This document shows positions 1 to 9,990 of a stretch of DNA of 32,000 nucleotides, one piece after another. The notes beneath the pieces were generated by a model. That model was not told the origin of the DNA. It worked only from the letters and a program-made list of their open reading frames with translations, and did no database searches. Position 1 is the stretch's first letter; every line of letters starts with the position of its first letter. Made by a program: the position numbers and the translations under genes. The stretch comes from an uncultured Candidatus Saccharibacteria bacterium (GTDB taxonomy: Bacteria > Patescibacteriota > Minisyncoccia > UBA6257 > UBA11618), in contig CAYSNH010000001.1 of assembly GCA_964432405.1 (NCBI GenBank), positions 90,001 to 122,000 on the forward strand, written 5' to 3'.

Positions 1-1089
1 ATGAATCTCGTATTTTTCTTTTAGCCCTCGTAAAATAGCTGTTGTATCTTCTAACGTAGGCTCTTCAGCTATAATAGGTTGAAAACGTCGCTCTAATGCC
101 GAATCTTTTTCTATATAACGCTGATATTCTTTTAGGGTAGTAGCTCCAATTGCATGCAGCTCACCACGAGCCAACGAAGGCTTTAATAGATTGGAAGCAT
201 CAATAGCTCCCTCAGCTGCTCCAGCTCCAACAATAGTGTGCAGCTCATCGATAAATAAAATCATCCTACCAGATGAATTTTTAATTTCTTTAATAAAAGC
301 TTTAAGACGATCTTCAAATTCCCCTCTGAATTTTGTTCCAGCTACCAAAGATCCTAAGTCCAGCATTATTATTTCTTTCTCTTTAAGAGTCTCTGGAATA
401 TCACCATCAACAATTCTTTGGGCTAGGCCCTCTACAATAGCCGTCTTACCTACTCCTGGTTCTCCTATAAGGACTGGATTGTTTTTAGTGCGTCGAGACA
501 AGACCTGCACCAAGCGTCGTAATTCATCTTCTCGACCAATAACTGGATCTAACTTACCTTCCTTAGCTTTTTGAGTTAAATTAACTGCGTATTTTTCTAA
601 AACCTGAAACTTACTCTCCGGCATCTCGTCAGTCACCCTCATCGAACCTCTTAAATGAGCTAGAGTTCTTAATAGATTGTCTCTTCGCACGCCTAGTTTT
701 TCTAAAATACCCTGAGCGCTTGATCGAGTGTCAACAATACTTAATAACAAATGCTCGCAAGAAATAAACTCATCTTTTTGAGCTAAAGCAATCTTAGCGG
801 CTCTATCAAGCATCTGAATCACCTCATGAGATAAATAAAGCTGCCCTACTGAAGCAGCAGAAAAAATCTTCGGCATCTTTTCTAACTCTTCTTCTATTTT
901 TTGATGGAGATCCTCAAAATCAATGCCAGACTTCAATAACATTGGTTGAGTTAAAGACTGACTGTCAGATAATAGGCTGTGTAATAAGTGGATAGCCTTA
1001 AACTCGCCATGATTTCGCTTTGTAGCTAAATCTTGGGCGTTCTGTAAAGCTTCCTGCGCTTTGATGGTAAAGCGATGAAATGATTTCAT
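1..1089 (-). CDS. clpB: ClpB AAA+ disaggregase, N-terminal part (gene runs off the window start)
   Basis: This ORF is absent from the supplied track because it is open at the window edge. The reverse complement from ATG at 1089..1087 reads [22 protein letters not shown]...[70 protein letters not shown]...RGEFEDRLK...[14 protein letters not shown]...ALERRFQ. That is a Clp N-domain followed by the NBD1 Walker A/B motifs, in the same order as E. coli ClpB as I recall it. The + strand ORF 191..574 is its antisense shadow. Confidence 0.9.
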   Translation of the reverse strand, partial: MKSFHRFTIKAQEALQNAQDLATKRNHGEFKAIHLLHSLLSDSQSLTQPMLLKSGIDFEDLHQKIEEELEKMPKIFSAASVGQLYLSHEVIQMLDRAAKIALAQKDEFISCEHLLLSIVDTRSSAQGILEKLGVRRDNLLRTLAHLRGSMRVTDEMPESKFQVLEKYAVNLTQKAKEGKLDPVIGREDELRRLVQVLSRRTKNNPVLIGEPGVGKTAIVEGLAQRIVDGDIPETLKEKEIIMLDLGSLVAGTKFRGEFEDRLKAFIKEIKNSSGRMILFIDELHTIVGAGAAEGAIDASNLLKPSLARGELHAIGATTLKEYQRYIEKDSALERRFQPIIAEEPTLEDTTAILRGLKEKYEIH

Positions 1090-1146
1090 ATAGCACTTTA
1101 AAAGTAATATAAAATAACCGCCTAGTCAATTAAAAAACCCTCTATT

Positions 1147-2292
1147 TTATTTACCAAATCGTTGCTTAAAAATCTTCAAAGCCGAGACTATTTCCGCTTT
1201 GGTAGTATATCTTCCTAAAGAAATCCTCAAACTGCTAAAAGCTCTATCTTCTGAGCCTCCTAAAGCCTCAATTACATAAGACGGCTTAATACTCCGAGCC
1301 GAGCAAGCTGTACCAGAAGAAACAGCTAAACCCCAAATATCTAACTCGATACAAAGATCAGAAGCCGGTCGGCCTGGAAAATAAATATTAATATTATTAG
1401 GTAGTCGATTTTTAAGAGAGCCGTTCATCTCTATATCAGAAACAACATCTTTCATCTCCTTCCAAAAATAATCTCGTAGCTCACCAACTCTCCTTAACTC
1501 TTTGTTCCTATTTTTTTCCACCAACTCCATCGCCTTAGCTAAACCAATAATATAAGGAACGTTCTCCGTACCCGATCGCAAACCACTCTCCTGACCACCG
1601 CCAGTGATGATAGGAGCCAACAAACCCTTATCCTTAACGCAAAGCAAGCCGATACCCTTAGGACCATAAATCTTATGAGCCGATAAGGTTAATAGATCAG
1701 CCCCTAGTTTTTTTATTGAACAAGGTAAATATTGAAAAGCTTGTACCGCATCAGTATGAAATAATGGATAATTATCCTCGCCTTTATATTTTTTAATTAA
1801 CTCCCCAATTTTTTTAACCGGTTGAATAGTACCAATCTCATTATTAGCGTACATTATAGAAACTAGGATGGTTCTCTTATTAAGAGCTCTTTCTACCTCC
1901 TTACAATCAACAATACCCTCTTTATTAACTGGAATATAAACAACCTCAACCCCTTCTTTTTCTAAATCTCGACAAGTTTCCAAAATAGACTCGTGCTCAA
2001 TAGCCGAAACAACAATCCGAGGATTTTTTTGTTTAGATTTTTTTAAAACACCCCTTAAAGCTAAATTATTAGCTTCTGTTGCTGAACTGGTAAATAAAAT
2101 GTCTTTATAATCAACATCTAAGAAAGAGGCTATCGTTTGACGAGCCTTAAAAACCGCCCCTGAAGCTTGCTGACCAAACCAATGAGTTGAGCCTGGATTA
2201 CCAAACGTATCACTCCAATGTGATTCCATGACCTTAACCACCTCTGTAGCTATAGGTGTTGAAGATGCGTAATCTAAATAAATATTTTTCAT
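1147..2292 (-). CDS. nifS: Cysteine desulfurase (NifS/IscS family, PLP-dependent)
   Basis: The product has the N-terminus IYLDYASSTP, the PLP-lysine motif SAHKIYGPKG and the active-site Cys loop SSGTACSA. The ORF track starts at GTG 2304. ATG at 2292 (MKNIYLDYASSTP) matches the usual family N-terminus better. Confidence 0.9.
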   Translation of the reverse strand: MKNIYLDYASSTPIATEVVKVMESHWSDTFGNPGSTHWFGQQASGAVFKARQTIASFLDVDYKDILFTSSATEANNLALRGVLKKSKQKNPRIVVSAIEHESILETCRDLEKEGVEVVYIPVNKEGIVDCKEVERALNKRTILVSIMYANNEIGTIQPVKKIGELIKKYKGEDNYPLFHTDAVQAFQYLPCSIKKLGADLLTLSAHKIYGPKGIGLLCVKDKGLLAPIITGGGQESGLRSGTENVPYIIGLAKAMELVEKNRNKELRRVGELRDYFWKEMKDVVSDIEMNGSLKNRLPNNINIYFPGRPASDLCIELDIWGLAVSSGTACSARSIKPSYVIEALGGSEDRAFSSLRISLGRYTTKAEIVSALKIFKQRFGK

Positions 2293-2329
2293 TAAATAAA
2301 TCACAACACTTTATTATTAACGAGTCAAT

Positions 2330-2359
2330 AAAAAAACCCCCGGAAATTTTCCGGGGGGG
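2330..2359 (-). terminator. Rho-independent terminator of the 161-aa secreted-protein gene
   Basis: The stem cccccgga/tccggggg (2337..2357) is followed on the minus strand by a run of seven T (2336..2330). Confidence 0.7.
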
Positions 2360-2397
2360 TGTTCTACTTAAAGAACTGGTTGATGACATTGAAAAGC

Positions 2398-2883
2398 TCA
2401 ATGTCTGTAGGGTTGAGTCATCGCCTTGAGATGACTCCAATTCCTGGGTTGATACCCGGAACCCCTGTTGAAGCCGCCATAGCTGCCGCCACGATAGCCG
2501 CCGCCATAGTATTGACCGTACGTTTGGAATCGCGGCTGAAAGCCACCACTCCAAACACCGCCCGACACCGACATCACTGGAACGTTCATAATCCGAACGT
2601 TCGGATTAGAACATCCGAAAAACGTTCCAGATCCAGACTCCCAGAGATTAATCCCTAGGATTTTACAGCCTCCAACCGTCAGTTGCGGTCCGAAACGCTG
2701 ATAGGACACACTCCTACTTGGAGGAATGTGGTGGTAAATGTGGCGATGCTCCACCACATCTGCCGTCTGTTGCGACTGTTGCGACTGCGCTTGCCTCGCC
2801 TGCCACTGTGGCTGCTGAGCACTTGCCGTCTGGCAAATAACTGGCGTTAACAACAACGCCATGATCATCAGTAAGCACTTCAT
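2398..2883 (-). CDS. Small secreted protein, Gln-rich N-terminal region and Gly/Tyr/Arg-rich C-terminal region, unknown family
   Basis: It begins with a signal-peptide-like MKCLLMIMALLLTPVICQTASA, then QQPQWQARQAQSQQSQQ. It has two Cys (GGCKIL, FGCSN) and a C-terminal GQYYGGGYRGGSYGGFNRGSGY. An AAGGAG SD (2895..2890) lies 6 nt upstream of the ATG. It has its own consensus promoter and terminator. Confidence 0.7.
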   Translation of the reverse strand: MKCLLMIMALLLTPVICQTASAQQPQWQARQAQSQQSQQTADVVEHRHIYHHIPPSRSVSYQRFGPQLTVGGCKILGINLWESGSGTFFGCSNPNVRIMNVPVMSVSGGVWSGGFQPRFQTYGQYYGGGYRGGSYGGFNRGSGYQPRNWSHLKAMTQPYRH

Positions 2884-2924
2884 CTGCTTCTCCTTTAAAA
2901 AAACTTTGTTTAAGTTCTGCGGTA

Positions 2925-2953
2925 ATTATAGTATATATAATGAGATATGTCAA
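2925..2953 (-). promoter_or_regulatory. Perfect consensus sigma-70 promoter TTGACA-17-TATAAT for the 161-aa gene
   Basis: The minus strand reads TTGACA (2953..2948), a 17-nt spacer, then TATAAT (2930..2925). This is followed by a leader of about 35 nt carrying the AAGGAG SD. Confidence 0.6.
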
Positions 2954-2999
2954 GGGCCAACCCTTAAGCTAAACCCTATAAAACCTATCAAAATTAATT

Positions 3000-3028
3000 T
3001 TGACAAATAATAACAATAACGATACTCT
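3000..3028 (+). promoter_or_regulatory. Putative promoter TTGACA-17-TACTCT for the DUF458/exonuclease pair
   Basis: TTGACA is at 3000..3005 and TACTCT at 3023..3028, with the ATG 9 nt downstream and no SD. Confidence 0.4.
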
Positions 3029-3037
3029 CAGAATACA

Positions 3038-3550
3038 ATGAAAGCGACATTTAAGACCTCTAACGGTCAGCAAATAGAATCTGAGGAAATGATTAAAGAA
3101 ATCAAAGATTATATGGAGGCTGACTCTAAAAGAGAGTATAAAATAACAATTGGTACTGATTCTGAAGAACTCGGCAATAACCGAGCCGATTTTGTGACAG
3201 CCATCGTTATTCACCGAGTTGGTAATGGAGGTCGCTACTTTTGGCATCGATCTGAATTTGATAAACTTCATACTATCCGTGATCGTATTTGGCAAGAAGT
3301 ACTAACCTCTCTAGATGTAGCTAAAGATTTTATCAGCACTACCAAAAAATCTAATTTGCCTAAATATAAATTCGAGATTCACGTTGATGTTAGTGAGAAT
3401 GGTAAAACTGGTTCTATGATTCAAGAACTAGTTGGTATTATTAGAGCTAACAATTTTGAGGCTCGCACCAAGCCAAATAGCTTTGCAGCCAGTACAGTCG
3501 CTGATAAACATAATTATAATTATCGTAATCTAATAAAAAATAATGGATAA
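3038..3550 (+). CDS. DUF458 / YkuK-family protein (predicted RNase H-fold)
   Basis: The motifs YKITIGTDSE, FVTAIVIHRVGNGG, EIHVDVSENGKT and KPNSFAASTVADK match my recollection of B. subtilis YkuK (COG1978). Confidence 0.75.
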   Translation: MKATFKTSNGQQIESEEMIKEIKDYMEADSKREYKITIGTDSEELGNNRADFVTAIVIHRVGNGGRYFWHRSEFDKLHTIRDRIWQEVLTSLDVAKDFISTTKKSNLPKYKFEIHVDVSENGKTGSMIQELVGIIRANNFEARTKPNSFAASTVADKHNYNYRNLIKNNG

Positions 3551-4112
3551 AGATAAAATAGTATTTGATATTGAAACCAAAAACACCTTTGCTGATGTTG
3601 GTGGTCAAAAAAACATTGCCAAATTAGACACTTCTTTTATTGGTGCTTACTCATATAATCAAGACAAATACCTATCTTTTCATGAAAAAGATATTGATAA
3701 ATTTGGTCCTATTCTTCAAAACGCTGGCCTGGTAATTGGTTTTGCTAGTAACCGATTCGATATCCCAGCCCTTCAAAGATATTACAACTTTAATCTTATG
3801 GCTCTACCAAGACTTGATCTACTTGAGGAGATAGAACTAGCCTACGGACATAGAGTTGGCTTAGGAGTTTTAGCCGAAGCTAACCTTGGCATAGGAAAAA
3901 GTGGTCACGGATTGGATGCTATTAAATATTATAATGAAGGTGATTTTAAAGCTTTAGAAGATTACTGCATTCAAGATGTTAGAGTAACTAGAAAGCTTTA
4001 CGAATTTATTAAGGATAAAGAATATCTCATGATCCCAAAGAAATTTACTAACGAAATAGTAAAAGTACCTATTTCTCTTAAAGAAGCTGAATTGCCTGCG
4101 ACTCTCTTTTAG
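3543..4112 (+). CDS. DEDDy-type 3'-5' exonuclease, RNase H-like superfamily (PolB-exonuclease-like/YprB-like)
   Basis: Exo I is VFDIET, Exo II is ASNRFDIPAL and Exo III is YCIQDV. The gene overlaps the upstream gene by 8 nt (ATGGATAA). Confidence 0.75.
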   Translation: MDKDKIVFDIETKNTFADVGGQKNIAKLDTSFIGAYSYNQDKYLSFHEKDIDKFGPILQNAGLVIGFASNRFDIPALQRYYNFNLMALPRLDLLEEIELAYGHRVGLGVLAEANLGIGKSGHGLDAIKYYNEGDFKALEDYCIQDVRVTRKLYEFIKDKEYLMIPKKFTNEIVKVPISLKEAELPATLF

Positions 4113-4132
4113 GTATACAATATAATCACGTT

Positions 4133-6214
4133 ATGCCTAGAAAAAAGAAGTTAGAAGAAAAAGAAAAAAAGCCTAGCGCTATTAGTGGCGAAACTAAAAA
4201 AAGTGTTGCTGCTGTTTTATTAATCGGCTTTGCTTTAATTCTAATTTTAGCTGCCTTCAAAAAAGCTGGCCCTATAGGCGAAATGCTTCATCAAGGCCTT
4301 GATAGCCTGGTAGGCTGGGGGTATTATCTCTTCCCTGTTATCTCCATCGCTATCGCCTCAGTCTTTCTTGTAGCTCAAGAAAAAAGATTTCTTAGTCCAA
4401 CATTTATTGGTGCAGCTATTTTAGTTATAGCCTCTCTTAGTTTTATTGATATTGTCTTTCCAGAAAGAGCCGGTCTATTAGGTAATGTTTTAGGATTAAT
4501 TGAAGAACCTTTTGGATTTGTTGCTGGATTGGTCGTGGTAGCTGTTTTGATAATCGCCTCCGCCCTTATCACGCTCAATGTCCCTCTACGAATAGACAAG
4601 CTCATCAAAAAGAAAAAGGATGATAATGAAGATGATGATTTAGATATTAAAGAGGGCGGCGTCTCCATTAGTGAAAATGAAATAACTAAAGAGAAAGATC
4701 TACAAATTAAAGAGGCCATGGGCAAAAAAACCCCTCCAGATAAGGGTGATAAAAAAGATTTTGCTGCTATCTTAGCTGCGGCTAATCAAAACTATAAATT
4801 CCCTCCTGTTTCTCTTTTAAAAACCAATATCGAACGCCCAACCGCGGGAGATTTAAGAGCTAATGCGAATATCATTAAAAGAACTCTGGAAAGTTTTGGT
4901 ATTCCTGTTGAAATGGGAGAGATCAGCATCGGTCCTAAGGTCACCCGCTACACACTAAAACCAGCCGAGGGAATAAAACTAACTCGTATTATCGCTCTTA
5001 ACCAAGACCTATCCCTCGCTCTTGCCGCTCATCCTTTACGCATAGAAGCCCCTATTCCTGGCAAATCACTAGTTGGAATAGAGGTTCCTAATAAGGCGGC
5101 TGCCATTGTTCGCCTAGGAAGCTTAATGTCATACCCAGAATTTAACAAAACCGGCCCATTAGAAGTTGTTTTAGGAAGAGATGTAGATGGAGAGCCTATC
5201 TCTACCAATATTGAAAAAATGCCTCACCTCTTGGTTTCTGGTGCCACTGGGTCTGGTAAGTCGATTGTAATTCATTCTCTGGTCACCTCCTTATTATATA
5301 AAAACTCTCCTGAAACTCTTCGTTTTATTTTTATTGATCCCAAGAGAGTTGAATTATCAATTTACCAAGACATTCCTCACCTAGTCTCTCCTGTAATAGT
5401 GGAAGGGAAAAAGGCCATCAACGTCTTCCGCTGGGGTATTAATGAAATGGAACAACGATACGAAACTCTTCTTAAGGCCGGTGCTAGAGATATCACCAGT
5501 TACAATAAAAAAGGGAAAGAGATAATGCCTTATATAGTTATTGTTGTAGACGAACTTGCTGATCTTATGGCTGCTCATGGCAGAGAGATAGAAGCCTCTA
5601 TTGTCCGTCTGGCTCAAATGGCTCGAGCCACCGGCATCCACCTTATTCTTGCCACTCAAAGACCATCAGTAGAAGTCATCACTGGCTTAATTAAAGCCAA
5701 TATTCCTGCTCGTATAGCCCTGCAAGTTGCTAGTCAAATAGATTCTCGAACCATTCTAGATTCAGCGGGCGCTGAAAAACTTCTTGGTGGTGGTGATATG
5801 CTTTTCATTTCTTCTGAATTTTCTAAGCCAAAAAGAATTCAAGGCTCTTTTCTTTCTGAGGTAGAAATAAAAAAAGTGGCTGACTTTATAAGAAAAAATA
5901 ATGAGATAGTGAGTCCAGAAGAAGATAAGGCTTTAAATACAAAAGATCTCCCCGAAGCTAAAACCTCTATTGATTTTGAAAACTTCTCTCCCGAAGAACA
6001 ACCTGATGATTTATTTAATGAAGCAGTTGAAGTAGTTCGGCAAGCTCAAAAGGCCTCCGCCTCATTACTCCAACGTCGTCTCAAAGTTGGCTACGCTCGA
6101 GCAGCGCGCCTTCTAGATATAATGGAAGAAAAAGGTCTAATAGGTCCTGGTGTAGGGGCTAAGGCTCGAGAAGTTTACGTTGAGGGTGTACAAGACGACT
6201 CTGCATCTGTATAA
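4133..6214 (+). CDS. ftsK: DNA translocase FtsK/SpoIIIE
   Basis: It has N-terminal TM helices, an acidic/Lys-rich linker, Walker A GATGSGKS and Walker B VVDELADL. The C-terminal gamma winged helix reads LLQRRLKVGYARAARLLDIMEEKGLIG. Confidence 0.95.
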   Translation: MPRKKKLEEKEKKPSAISGETKKSVAAVLLIGFALILILAAFKKAGPIGEMLHQGLDSLVGWGYYLFPVISIAIASVFLVAQEKRFLSPTFIGAAILVIASLSFIDIVFPERAGLLGNVLGLIEEPFGFVAGLVVVAVLIIASALITLNVPLRIDKLIKKKKDDNEDDDLDIKEGGVSISENEITKEKDLQIKEAMGKKTPPDKGDKKDFAAILAAANQNYKFPPVSLLKTNIERPTAGDLRANANIIKRTLESFGIPVEMGEISIGPKVTRYTLKPAEGIKLTRIIALNQDLSLALAAHPLRIEAPIPGKSLVGIEVPNKAAAIVRLGSLMSYPEFNKTGPLEVVLGRDVDGEPISTNIEKMPHLLVSGATGSGKSIVIHSLVTSLLYKNSPETLRFIFIDPKRVELSIYQDIPHLVSPVIVEGKKAINVFRWGINEMEQRYETLLKAGARDITSYNKKGKEIMPYIVIVVDELADLMAAHGREIEASIVRLAQMARATGIHLILATQRPSVEVITGLIKANIPARIALQVASQIDSRTILDSAGAEKLLGGGDMLFISSEFSKPKRIQGSFLSEVEIKKVADFIRKNNEIVSPEEDKALNTKDLPEAKTSIDFENFSPEEQPDDLFNEAVEVVRQAQKASASLLQRRLKVGYARAARLLDIMEEKGLIGPGVGAKAREVYVEGVQDDSASV

Positions 6215-6223
6215 TGATGGCAA

Positions 6224-6886
6224 ATGGAGAACGCTACCTTCAGAGATTTCCTTCAAGAATACATCGACATTAAAGGTTTTAGCACTAAGAAGTTGTGTGA
6301 TGCTACTGGCATTCCTGAACGCTACCTAGAAGCTCTTCTAGAGGGCAACAACGATGCTCTACCACCCGCTCCCTACATCAGAGGCTACATCGGTAAATTA
6401 GCTAATGTTTTAGATTTTAATAAAGAAGAAATGTGGCGTTTATATAAAAAAGAAATCGCCTTCTTGTCCTCTGGAGCTAACGATCATCTTCCTGGTAATA
6501 GATTTGCTATCAAAAAAATAAATAAAAGATCTGTAATTACCGGTGCTTGTGGTATCTTGTTATTAATATATGTAAGTATAAATTTTAATAAATTATTAGG
6601 AGCCCCCCAGTTAGAAATAATATATCCAACAACTAATAATCTGATCATCCATCAACCTCTTATCTCCATTGAAGGAAAAGCTGGTACTGATAACAAACTG
6701 ACAATCAATGAAGAAGAATTACTCGTTGATGATGATGGTCGTTTTAAAAAAGAACTCAACTTAGATCCTGGGATAAATACCATAACTATTGTTAGTAAAA
6801 AATTTTTGGGCAGAGAAAAAAAGGTTACCAAAAAAATAATTTACGAACCTCCTCGTAAAATAAAAACAAACAATAAGGAGGAATAA
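6224..6886 (+). CDS. RodZ-like protein: N-terminal HTH, one TM helix, extracytoplasmic beta-rich domain
   Basis: The N-terminus resembles an XRE-type HTH ([23 protein letters not shown]...PAPYIRGYI). A TM segment ([16 protein letters not shown]) follows, then a C-terminal domain. Confidence 0.6.
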   Translation: MENATFRDFLQEYIDIKGFSTKKLCDATGIPERYLEALLEGNNDALPPAPYIRGYIGKLANVLDFNKEEMWRLYKKEIAFLSSGANDHLPGNRFAIKKINKRSVITGACGILLLIYVSINFNKLLGAPQLEIIYPTTNNLIIHQPLISIEGKAGTDNKLTINEEELLVDDDGRFKKELNLDPGINTITIVSKKFLGREKKVTKKIIYEPPRKIKTNNKEE

Positions 6887-6890
6887 AAAT

Positions 6891-7931
6891 ATGGCTATTA
6901 AAAAAACTAATACAAAAGAAAAGGAGGTTGATAAAAAGACTTTAAAAGCCGGGCGTGATGAAGAGATTAATAAACTCTTATCATCTCTTCAAGATAAGTT
7001 TGGAACAGGGTCTATCATGAAAATGGGAGATTTAAAAAAAGTGGATGTAGCCATCATCCCCACCGGATCATTCTCGCTCGATCTTGCGCTAGGCGTTAAT
7101 GGCATTCCCAAAGGCCGAGTGGTAGAAATTTTTGGCCCTGAATCGTCAGGCAAAACTACCCTCGCTCTCAATGTCCTGGCTCAATCTCAAAAATCTGGCG
7201 GTCGCTGCGCTTTTATAGACGCCGAGCACGCTATGGATCCAGAATATGCTAAAAAATTAGGTGTGAAGATTAAAGAATTGCTTATATCTCAACCTGATAG
7301 CGGTGAAGAGGCTCTAAGCATTCTAGATGACCTAGTTCGTTCAGCAATCATTGATGTGGTAGTAATCGACTCAGTAGCTGCTCTTACCCCCAAAGCCGAA
7401 TTAGAGGGAGAAATGGGCAAAACTCATGTTGGTCTTCAAGCTCGCATGATGTCCCAAGCACTAAGAAAAATAACTGCTACTGCTGCCAAAACAGGAACTC
7501 TTGTTATCTTTATTAATCAACTCAGAGAAAAAATTGGGGTTATGTTTGGTAGTCCAATAACTACACCTGGTGGCAGGGCTCTAAAATTTTATTCTTCAGT
7601 TAGAATAGACATTCGCCGCATTGCGCAAATTAAAAAAGGTGAAGCTGTTGTTGGTAGTCGTGTTAAAGCCAAGGTAGTTAAAAACAAAGTCGCTCCCCCA
7701 TTTCGGGTAGCTGGTTTTGATATTATGTATGGCGAAGGCGTCTCTTATGAAGCCGATGTTCTCAATACTGCGCTTGATAATAAAGTGGTTACCAAAGCTG
7801 GAGCTAGCTATAGCTTCGGTGATATCAAGCTAGGCGTTGGCTTTGATAATGTTCGTCTCAAACTTAAAGACGAAGTTAAATTATTAAAAGACATTAAAAA
7901 TAAGACTTTAGAAGTGTTATCTGAGGCTTAA
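6891..7931 (+). CDS. recA: Recombinase RecA
   Basis: Walker A is [12 protein letters not shown], with AFIDAEHA and the L2 region [29 protein letters not shown] strong SD AAGGAGG (6875..6881) lies inside the end of the upstream gene. Confidence 0.97.
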   Translation: MAIKKTNTKEKEVDKKTLKAGRDEEINKLLSSLQDKFGTGSIMKMGDLKKVDVAIIPTGSFSLDLALGVNGIPKGRVVEIFGPESSGKTTLALNVLAQSQKSGGRCAFIDAEHAMDPEYAKKLGVKIKELLISQPDSGEEALSILDDLVRSAIIDVVVIDSVAALTPKAELEGEMGKTHVGLQARMMSQALRKITATAAKTGTLVIFINQLREKIGVMFGSPITTPGGRALKFYSSVRIDIRRIAQIKKGEAVVGSRVKAKVVKNKVAPPFRVAGFDIMYGEGVSYEADVLNTALDNKVVTKAGASYSFGDIKLGVGFDNVRLKLKDEVKLLKDIKNKTLEVLSEA

Positions 7932-8699
7932 TAAATTATAAAAATTTTTAAAAAGTTCCGCTACTAAAACAGGCCCCGTGCCTCCAGGAGTCGGAGTATA
8001 AAAAGTTAGCTGCTCGCTACTTAAATCAAAGTCAGCTGGATAACCAAAATCGATAATTCTCGCTCCTTCTTTAAGCCACTGAGAGCTTATTAACCTTTCC
8101 TTGCCCACCCCACTAATAACTAAATCAACATCATTCAAAAAAGTCTTTAAATCTTCTGTTTCAATATCAGCTGTCTTTATTTTCAACCCACCAACTCTTA
8201 AACTCTGATCACCAAGCCAACGCACGATAGGCTGGCCAACTAAAAAACCCTCGCTTCCCACCACCGCTACTATTTTATTTGATAAGTCAAAATCAGCTTC
8301 TTTTAAAATATCTTGCACCACCCCCACTGCTGGTGCTGACACAACAGCCTCTCCAGTTAAATTATCAACATCTTTATTTAAACTTATTTTAGATATTACA
8401 GCAGAACGATTTAAGTGATCTGGTAAAGGCAATTGAATAATAATACCTCCCACAACATCATCATCTGATAATCTCGTTATCTCTCCCTCTAACTCCTCCT
8501 GAGTTATTGACTCTTCAAACTCTCTCAATTGAAAATCAATTGCTAATTCTTTAGCAATCATTTCTTTTCTCTTTATAAAAGATTTAGCAGATTGATTATC
8601 TCCTATTAAAATAACTACCAATCTTTTTACTGGTTGAGATTGTTTTTTAAGCTCATCAATAATCTGCTGAGCTATTCTATTGCCATCAATCTTTTTCAT
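7917..8699 (-). CDS. folD: Bifunctional methylene-THF dehydrogenase / methenyl-THF cyclohydrolase
   Basis: The motifs are [32 protein letters not shown] and PTPGGTGPV. Its start overlaps the glyA stop in a TAATG arrangement. Confidence 0.88.
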   Translation of the reverse strand: MKKIDGNRIAQQIIDELKKQSQPVKRLVVILIGDNQSAKSFIKRKEMIAKELAIDFQLREFEESITQEELEGEITRLSDDDVVGGIIIQLPLPDHLNRSAVISKISLNKDVDNLTGEAVVSAPAVGVVQDILKEADFDLSNKIVAVVGSEGFLVGQPIVRWLGDQSLRVGGLKIKTADIETEDLKTFLNDVDLVISGVGKERLISSQWLKEGARIIDFGYPADFDLSSEQLTFYTPTPGGTGPVLVAELFKNFYNLLSLR

Positions 8700-9916
8700 T
8701 AATATTCTAGAGGAAATTTATTACACAAATCCTCAACTTGATTTTTAATCGCAGTCGGCTTAGATTTTTTCAATAATAATTCAGCAATCCATTTTGCTAC
8801 CTGCCTTACTTCCACCTCCTTCATTCCTCTGGTAGTTATAGCTGGAGTTCCCAATCTGATACCTGATGGATTCTGAGGTGACATATCGCCAGGAACTGAG
8901 TTTCTGTTAGCGGTAATGCCAGCTTTTTCTAATAATTTTTCAGTCTCTTTTCCATCTAAACCAAGCGGCCTAAGATCAATAATCATTAAGTGATTATCTG
9001 TTCCATTAGTTACCAACTTAATCCCCTCGTCTTTTAAGGTTTCAGCCAAAACCTCAGCATTCTTCAAGACCTGTTTCTGATAACTCTTAAAACCCCCCTG
9101 AGAATTTTGAAAAGCCATTAAAGCTATAGCTGCAATCTGATTATTATGAGGCCCGCCCTGTATACCAGGAAAAACAGAACGATCTATTCTATCAGCCAAG
9201 TCTTCCCGACAAATAATAACCGCTGCCCTAGGACCTCTTAAGGTTTTATGAGTCGTAAATGTAACAACGTCACAATCAGCAAAAGGACTAGCATGTACTC
9301 CTGCTGATATTAGACCAGCTGTATGAGAAATATCAGCAACATGATAAGACCCTATTCTTCGAGCGATCCGGCCCATTCTTTTAAAATCTATTTCCCGAGG
9401 ATAAGCCGTAGCACCTGAGACAATTACTTTTGGCTGACGCAATTCCGCTAATCGTTCAATCTCATCATAATTTAACAACTCATCACCTAAATCAACACCA
9501 TATTGAATTGATTTATAAGCTCTACCAGAAAAATTAACCCGATGACCATGAGTTAAATGCCCACCAGCATCCAATCTCATGCCCATGATAGATTCTCCAA
9601 AATCAATCAAAGAAAAATAAACTGCTAAATTAGCTGGTGATCCAGAATAAGGCTGAACATTAACATGCCAATTTTTTCCTAAATTAAATAATTTTTTTAT
9701 TCTTTCTTGAGCTAATAGTTCTATCTCATCATAAATCTTATTACCCGGATAATATCTTTTATCTGGATAACCCTCAGAATATTTATTTATTAAAACAGAC
9801 CCCATAACCTCCATTATTTCAGAAGAGGCGTAGTTCTCTGACGGAATAAGATTAATAGTTTTTTGTTGACGCTTAATCTCTCCCTTAATTAATTTATCTA
9901 AAACCTTATCTTTCAT
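8699..9916 (-). CDS. glyA: Serine hydroxymethyltransferase
   Basis: The motifs are INLIPSENY, YSEGYPDKRYY, VQPYSGSPAN and the PLP-lysine TFTTHKTLRGPR. Confidence 0.96.
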   Translation of the reverse strand: MKDKVLDKLIKGEIKRQQKTINLIPSENYASSEIMEVMGSVLINKYSEGYPDKRYYPGNKIYDEIELLAQERIKKLFNLGKNWHVNVQPYSGSPANLAVYFSLIDFGESIMGMRLDAGGHLTHGHRVNFSGRAYKSIQYGVDLGDELLNYDEIERLAELRQPKVIVSGATAYPREIDFKRMGRIARRIGSYHVADISHTAGLISAGVHASPFADCDVVTFTTHKTLRGPRAAVIICREDLADRIDRSVFPGIQGGPHNNQIAAIALMAFQNSQGGFKSYQKQVLKNAEVLAETLKDEGIKLVTNGTDNHLMIIDLRPLGLDGKETEKLLEKAGITANRNSVPGDMSPQNPSGIRLGTPAITTRGMKEVEVRQVAKWIAELLLKKSKPTAIKNQVEDLCNKFPLEY

Positions 9917-9990
9917 CGTTAATGACCTTTTAACATATAGCTCCTCTAAAGCACAAATTTTCCTCCTATCTTTTAAATTAAAAAGAGTTA

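Noticed and set aside
191-574. 127-aa + strand ORF in the supplied track
   Set aside because: It lies antisense inside a clear ClpB reading frame on the minus strand. Its low-complexity Ser/Pro-rich translation has no motifs.
1090-1146. Heat-shock operator (CIRCE or CtsR box) upstream of clpB
   Set aside because: Only a partial TAGCACT and a single AGTCAA half-site are present. There is no inverted repeat of the CIRCE type and no tandem CtsR heptads.
2234-2953. Three overlapping ORFs (2234..2554 -, 2359..2658 +, 2714..2953 -)
   Set aside because: They are artefacts of the locally high G+C, which leaves few stop codons. Only the 2398..2883 minus frame has a signal peptide, SD, promoter and terminator. 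The 2714..2953 ORF would also run through that promoter.
2969-3295. 108-aa minus-strand ORF opposite the DUF458 gene
   Set aside because: It is antisense to a frame with recognisable YkuK-family motifs and has no start context.
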